Below, piece by piece: positions 60,739 to 64,000 of a stretch of 64,000 bases of DNA. The notes beneath the pieces were generated by a model. That model did not search any database. It saw only the letters and a program-made list of their open reading frames with translations, and had not been told where the DNA came from. Numbering within the stretch: position 1 is the first letter of the stretch; each line of letters starts with the position of its first letter. The translations under genes and the position numbers were made by a program. Source of the DNA: an uncultured Planctomycetaceae bacterium (lineage in GTDB: Bacteria > Planctomycetota > Planctomycetia > Planctomycetales > Planctomycetaceae); contig CAWFGE010000013.1 of NCBI GenBank assembly GCA_963815195.1, positions 480,001 to 544,000 of the forward strand. Reading direction: 5' to 3'.

Positions 60739-62290
60739 ATGGGACGTAACCTCGGTCGGCTTTTGATCTGTGTCCCGCCGGCTTTGGCTCTGGGGCTGTT
60801 CTTCCTGGGGGATCGCTCTGCGGGCATCGAACCCGATCCCGGCATCCGCGTTGCATCGGCCACGTCGGATTCCGGTCAGCCCGGCGTCATCCTGCCCGGC
60901 GACTTCGGCGCATCGGGATTATCGGGGCCGAGGTACGTCGGAGCGGCGGGATGCGCGGCGGCGAGCTGCCACGGCGGGGACGGTCTCAAAGGCACCCTGG
61001 GCAGCGAGCACAGCATTTGGATTCAAAAGGACCCGCACGCCGGAGCTTACGCGGTTTTGCTCAATCAGCAGTCCCAGAACATCATCAAACTCCTGAAGAA
61101 CTCCCCGCATTACGCCAAAAGGCTCGAAGGCCGCGAGGCCCACGAGACGCGGTTGTGCCTCGACTGCCATTCGGTCGCCCCCGATGCGTCCCAGTTGGCC
61201 GAGGCGCATAAGTTTTCCCTCCGCGACGGCGTGAGCTGCGAAGGTTGCCACGGGCCGGCGGAAAAATGGCTCGATCCCCACAAGCGCTACGATTGGAAAC
61301 TCAAATCGGACGACGAGAAAGCCGCCCTCGGGTTTTGGAATACCGACAACTTGTTGACCCGCGCGGATTTGTGCCGACTGCCACATCGGGTCGAAAGACC
61401 GCGAAGTCAACCATGACCTGATGGCGGCCGGGCATCCGCGTTTGACCTTCGAGATGGCGGCGTACTTCAGCAATCTGCCCCCGCACTGGAACGCGAACGA
61501 AGACCGCCATCGGCACAAGGCGTTCGAGGCCAAGCTGTGGGCGATCGGCCAGCTTGCCGTGGCGGAGAATTCCGTCGAACTCCTCAAAGAACGGGCGGAA
61601 GACAAACAGTACAAAGTCTGGCCCGAGTTCACCGAATACGGCTGCTACGCCTGCCATCACAATCTCCAGCCCAGCAACTGGCGGCAAGAACGCGGCTTCG
61701 CGGGTCGCCGGCCCGGTGGTTATCCCTGGGGCACCTGGCAGTTCCCGGTGCTGGCGATGGTCTCGCCCGAACTCGCGGCCGGTGAACCGAACCCATTTTT
61801 GAACGACAACAGCGTCTATGAAAAACTCAAAAAGGAAATGAGCCGGCCGCTTCCCGATCGAGACAAAGTCAAGGACCTCGCGGGCCAGATGCAGGCGGAG
61901 TTGGACAAGATCGCGGTGCATTTGAATCAGATGTCCCTTTCCGAGCCGGAAATCTTATCTCTCTTACACAAGGTCGCGGGTCCCGAGGGCGGGCAGAAGC
62001 TCGTGGGACAAAACTGGGACGCCGCGGCCCAGGTTTACCTGGCGACGGTGGCGCTCTATCAAGGCCTCGCGGATGTGGAGGGCCGGGCCGGGCAGATTTC
62101 CGATCGGGACAAAGCGATTTTCGAGCATTTCCAGGCCATCCGGAACAATTTGAAATTTCCCGAAGAAAAACCGGACAAGGGCAAAGCGGTGATTTACAAT
62201 AGCCCCAAGACTTTTGAAGAGACCGCGCCCAATCCTGTGGAAGCGATCAAGAGCCAGTTAAGCGGCATCAATCAAGCTGTGCAGCCATAA
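60739..62290 (+). CDS. Cytochrome c554-like multiheme protein, 5 hemes (frameshift ~61360)
   Basis: YVGAAGCAAASCH, DPHAGAY, CLDCH, GVSCEGCHG, CADCH (second frame), AAGHPRL, CYACHH. Confidence 0.85.
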
Positions 62291-62305
62291 AATAAGGATC
62301 AATCC

Positions 62306-64000
62306 ATGTCGAAGCGACGCCTCGTCAATCGCTGTTTGATGGGTGCCGTACTGGCCGTGCCCAGCGCGCTGTTAGGCATCTATTCATTAGGCTACGCCCA
62401 AGAACCCCCGGCCGGGACCTCGCTCTACCAACCCGCCCCAGTGCTGCGCATTGCGCAAGCGGATCCGGAGCCGGCTGCCGACAAAAGCGATCTGGCAAAG
62501 TGGGACGTGCCCGGCGGGATGGCATTGGATCCGGATGCGAAGAAGCGATTGTACTTGGGGCTCGCTGATAGTTGCATCAATTGCCATACACGCAATACCG
62601 CACCCCCCGCCCCCAATGCGCCCCAAATTCGAATTCCAGGATTTCCCGTCGTGACGAATGATGGATGGGCCTTATTGAATGAATCGTACACCTGGGCGGG
62701 GCAAGACAAACATTATGGGTCGTACGCCGTACTTCTCAACGACCGTTCGAAGCGAATGGCTCAAATCTTAAAAATCGTGGATGACGAAGGAAACTCGATC
62801 ATCCATCGCGATCTTCGCTGTATTGCTTGTCATTCAGGAATGCCGATTTATGAGATGAAGCGAGATGAAGGTCGTCCAGGAATGATCGACGAGTCCATGG
62901 TGCAGGATAAACGCTTGAGTTTCGGCGTGAGTTGCGAAGGATGTCATGGGTCAGCGGGGGACGCCGATTCTAATGATAAAATTAAGAGTTGGGTCTCTAT
63001 CCATACCTCGAAAACCGAGTGGCGATATAAAGATCCCCACACGAAGGCAGACGAATATGGTTATTTCGATGTACGTTCACCGGTGTCTCGAAGCAGGATG
63101 TGTCTTTCCTGCCATGTTGGTAATGTGCATGAAGGGCGCGTTGTGACACATGAAATGTACGCCGCTGGACATCCTCCCTTGCCCGGATTTGATGTGGAGA
63201 CGTTTTCTCAACAGGAACCCGCACACTGGCGTAACTTCCATGAAAAACCCAAAAAAATTCGGGACGAGTTTTTAGAGAGCACCAAAACATGGCGAACCAC
63301 GGAATGGAATGAAACCGACCTGCACAACACGAGGGATCTCTTGATCGGCGTCCTGGTCAACTTGAGCGAAATGCTAAAACTCAACGCCAACTTGGCCGAT
63401 TCCGATGTGAAGATCCCCATTGGAAGTAAGACGTGGCAGAGTGACGGGAGCCAACAGTGGCCCGAGCTTGCCCAGTTTGCGTGTTACGCTTGTCATCATG
63501 ATCTGCGCGGCGACGGGTGGCGGATTCAACGGACTCCGATCGGCGTTCCAGGCCGTCCACCTCTCCAGGAATGGCCGTTTGCTCTGACAAAACTCGCCGT
63601 GAAATCCACGGGATCCAATCACGAGGAGCTGTTAACGCTGATTGAAAAAGTGAAACAGGCCGGCGTCGACGGCCCGTTCGGCAACCGTGAGGACTTGAAG
63701 ACCCTGGGGCCCAAATTGGCCGCGCAACTCGATGCCGTGGCAAAGGAATTGGAGCAACGGAACATTCCCAGAGAAGCTGCTCAGCCGTTGCTGCTGGATC
63801 TCATCGAACTCGCTGAAAAGGAAACGTTGGATTACGATTCCGCCCGTCAGTTGGTCTGGGCCTTTCGGGTCATCTATGACGACTGGAAGCGAGACCCGAA
63901 TGACAAGAAAGACTTCTTCGAAATCAAGAAAATTGACGAGGTTCCAGGCTGGTATAGTGCGACGGATAATTTAACCGGTGTCAAGCAGATTCTTGCTGGG
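62306..64000 (+). CDS. Second cytochrome c554-like 5-heme protein (3'-truncated; absent from ORF track)
   Basis: Manual translation from ATG 62306 is open to the window end: signal peptide, CINCH, DKHYGSY, CIACH, GVSCEGCHG, CLSCH, AAGHPPL, CYACHH. Confidence 0.85.
   Translation, partial: MSKRRLVNRCLMGAVLAVPSALLGIYSLGYAQEPPAGTSLYQPAPVLRIAQADPEPAADKSDLAKWDVPGGMALDPDAKKRLYLGLADSCINCHTRNTAPPAPNAPQIRIPGFPVVTNDGWALLNESYTWAGQDKHYGSYAVLLNDRSKRMAQILKIVDDEGNSIIHRDLRCIACHSGMPIYEMKRDEGRPGMIDESMVQDKRLSFGVSCEGCHGSAGDADSNDKIKSWVSIHTSKTEWRYKDPHTKADEYGYFDVRSPVSRSRMCLSCHVGNVHEGRVVTHEMYAAGHPPLPGFDVETFSQQEPAHWRNFHEKPKKIRDEFLESTKTWRTTEWNETDLHNTRDLLIGVLVNLSEMLKLNANLADSDVKIPIGSKTWQSDGSQQWPELAQFACYACHHDLRGDGWRIQRTPIGVPGRPPLQEWPFALTKLAVKSTGSNHEELLTLIEKVKQAGVDGPFGNREDLKTLGPKLAAQLDAVAKELEQRNIPREAAQPLLLDLIELAEKETLDYDSARQLVWAFRVIYDDWKRDPNDKKDFFEIKKIDEVPGWYSATDNLTGVKQILAG

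Noticed and set aside
58834..64000. Anammox HAO/hydrazine-type, NrfA or MtrA/MtrB systems
   Set aside because: Heme counts and motifs do not fit HAO or NrfA (no CxxCK), no porin gene is visible, and the gene content resembles Planctomycetaceae rather than anammox bacteria

Overview
GC-rich bacterial chromosomal segment, almost certainly from a planctomycete (DUF1559 prepilin-like, DUF1501, DUF1549/DUF1553, PQQ-propeller and DUF11 genes). Housekeeping and metabolic genes include mnmG, tpx, phoD, ppk1, an acyl-CoA dehydrogenase, pilT, queF, hpnE and a K+ channel. Regulatory modules include a STAS/anti-sigma cluster, a two-component system, an ECF sigma/anti-sigma pair and a VapC-type toxin-antitoxin pair. 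About 15 genes carry single-base frameshifts that look like long-read assembly errors. Two highlights. (1) An IS110 element (11041-12701) sits at a CT core inside a REP-like hairpin. Its left end holds a readable bridge RNA (~11177-11358) whose guides match both its genomic target and its own circle junction, and the junction forms a -35/-10 promoter. The IS is nested in a ~400-bp TIR/TSD element, which is itself inserted in another REP. (2) An uncharacterised redox operon (54152-64000+) encodes a tandem cNMP-binding/4x[4Fe-4S] protein, a membrane protein carrying a Lys/Ala-rich SPLEQM repeat array and zinc ribbon, a 10-heme cytochrome c and two c554-like 5-heme cytochromes. Several REP/MITE families fill the intergenic spaces. 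No rRNA, tRNA or CRISPR array was seen.
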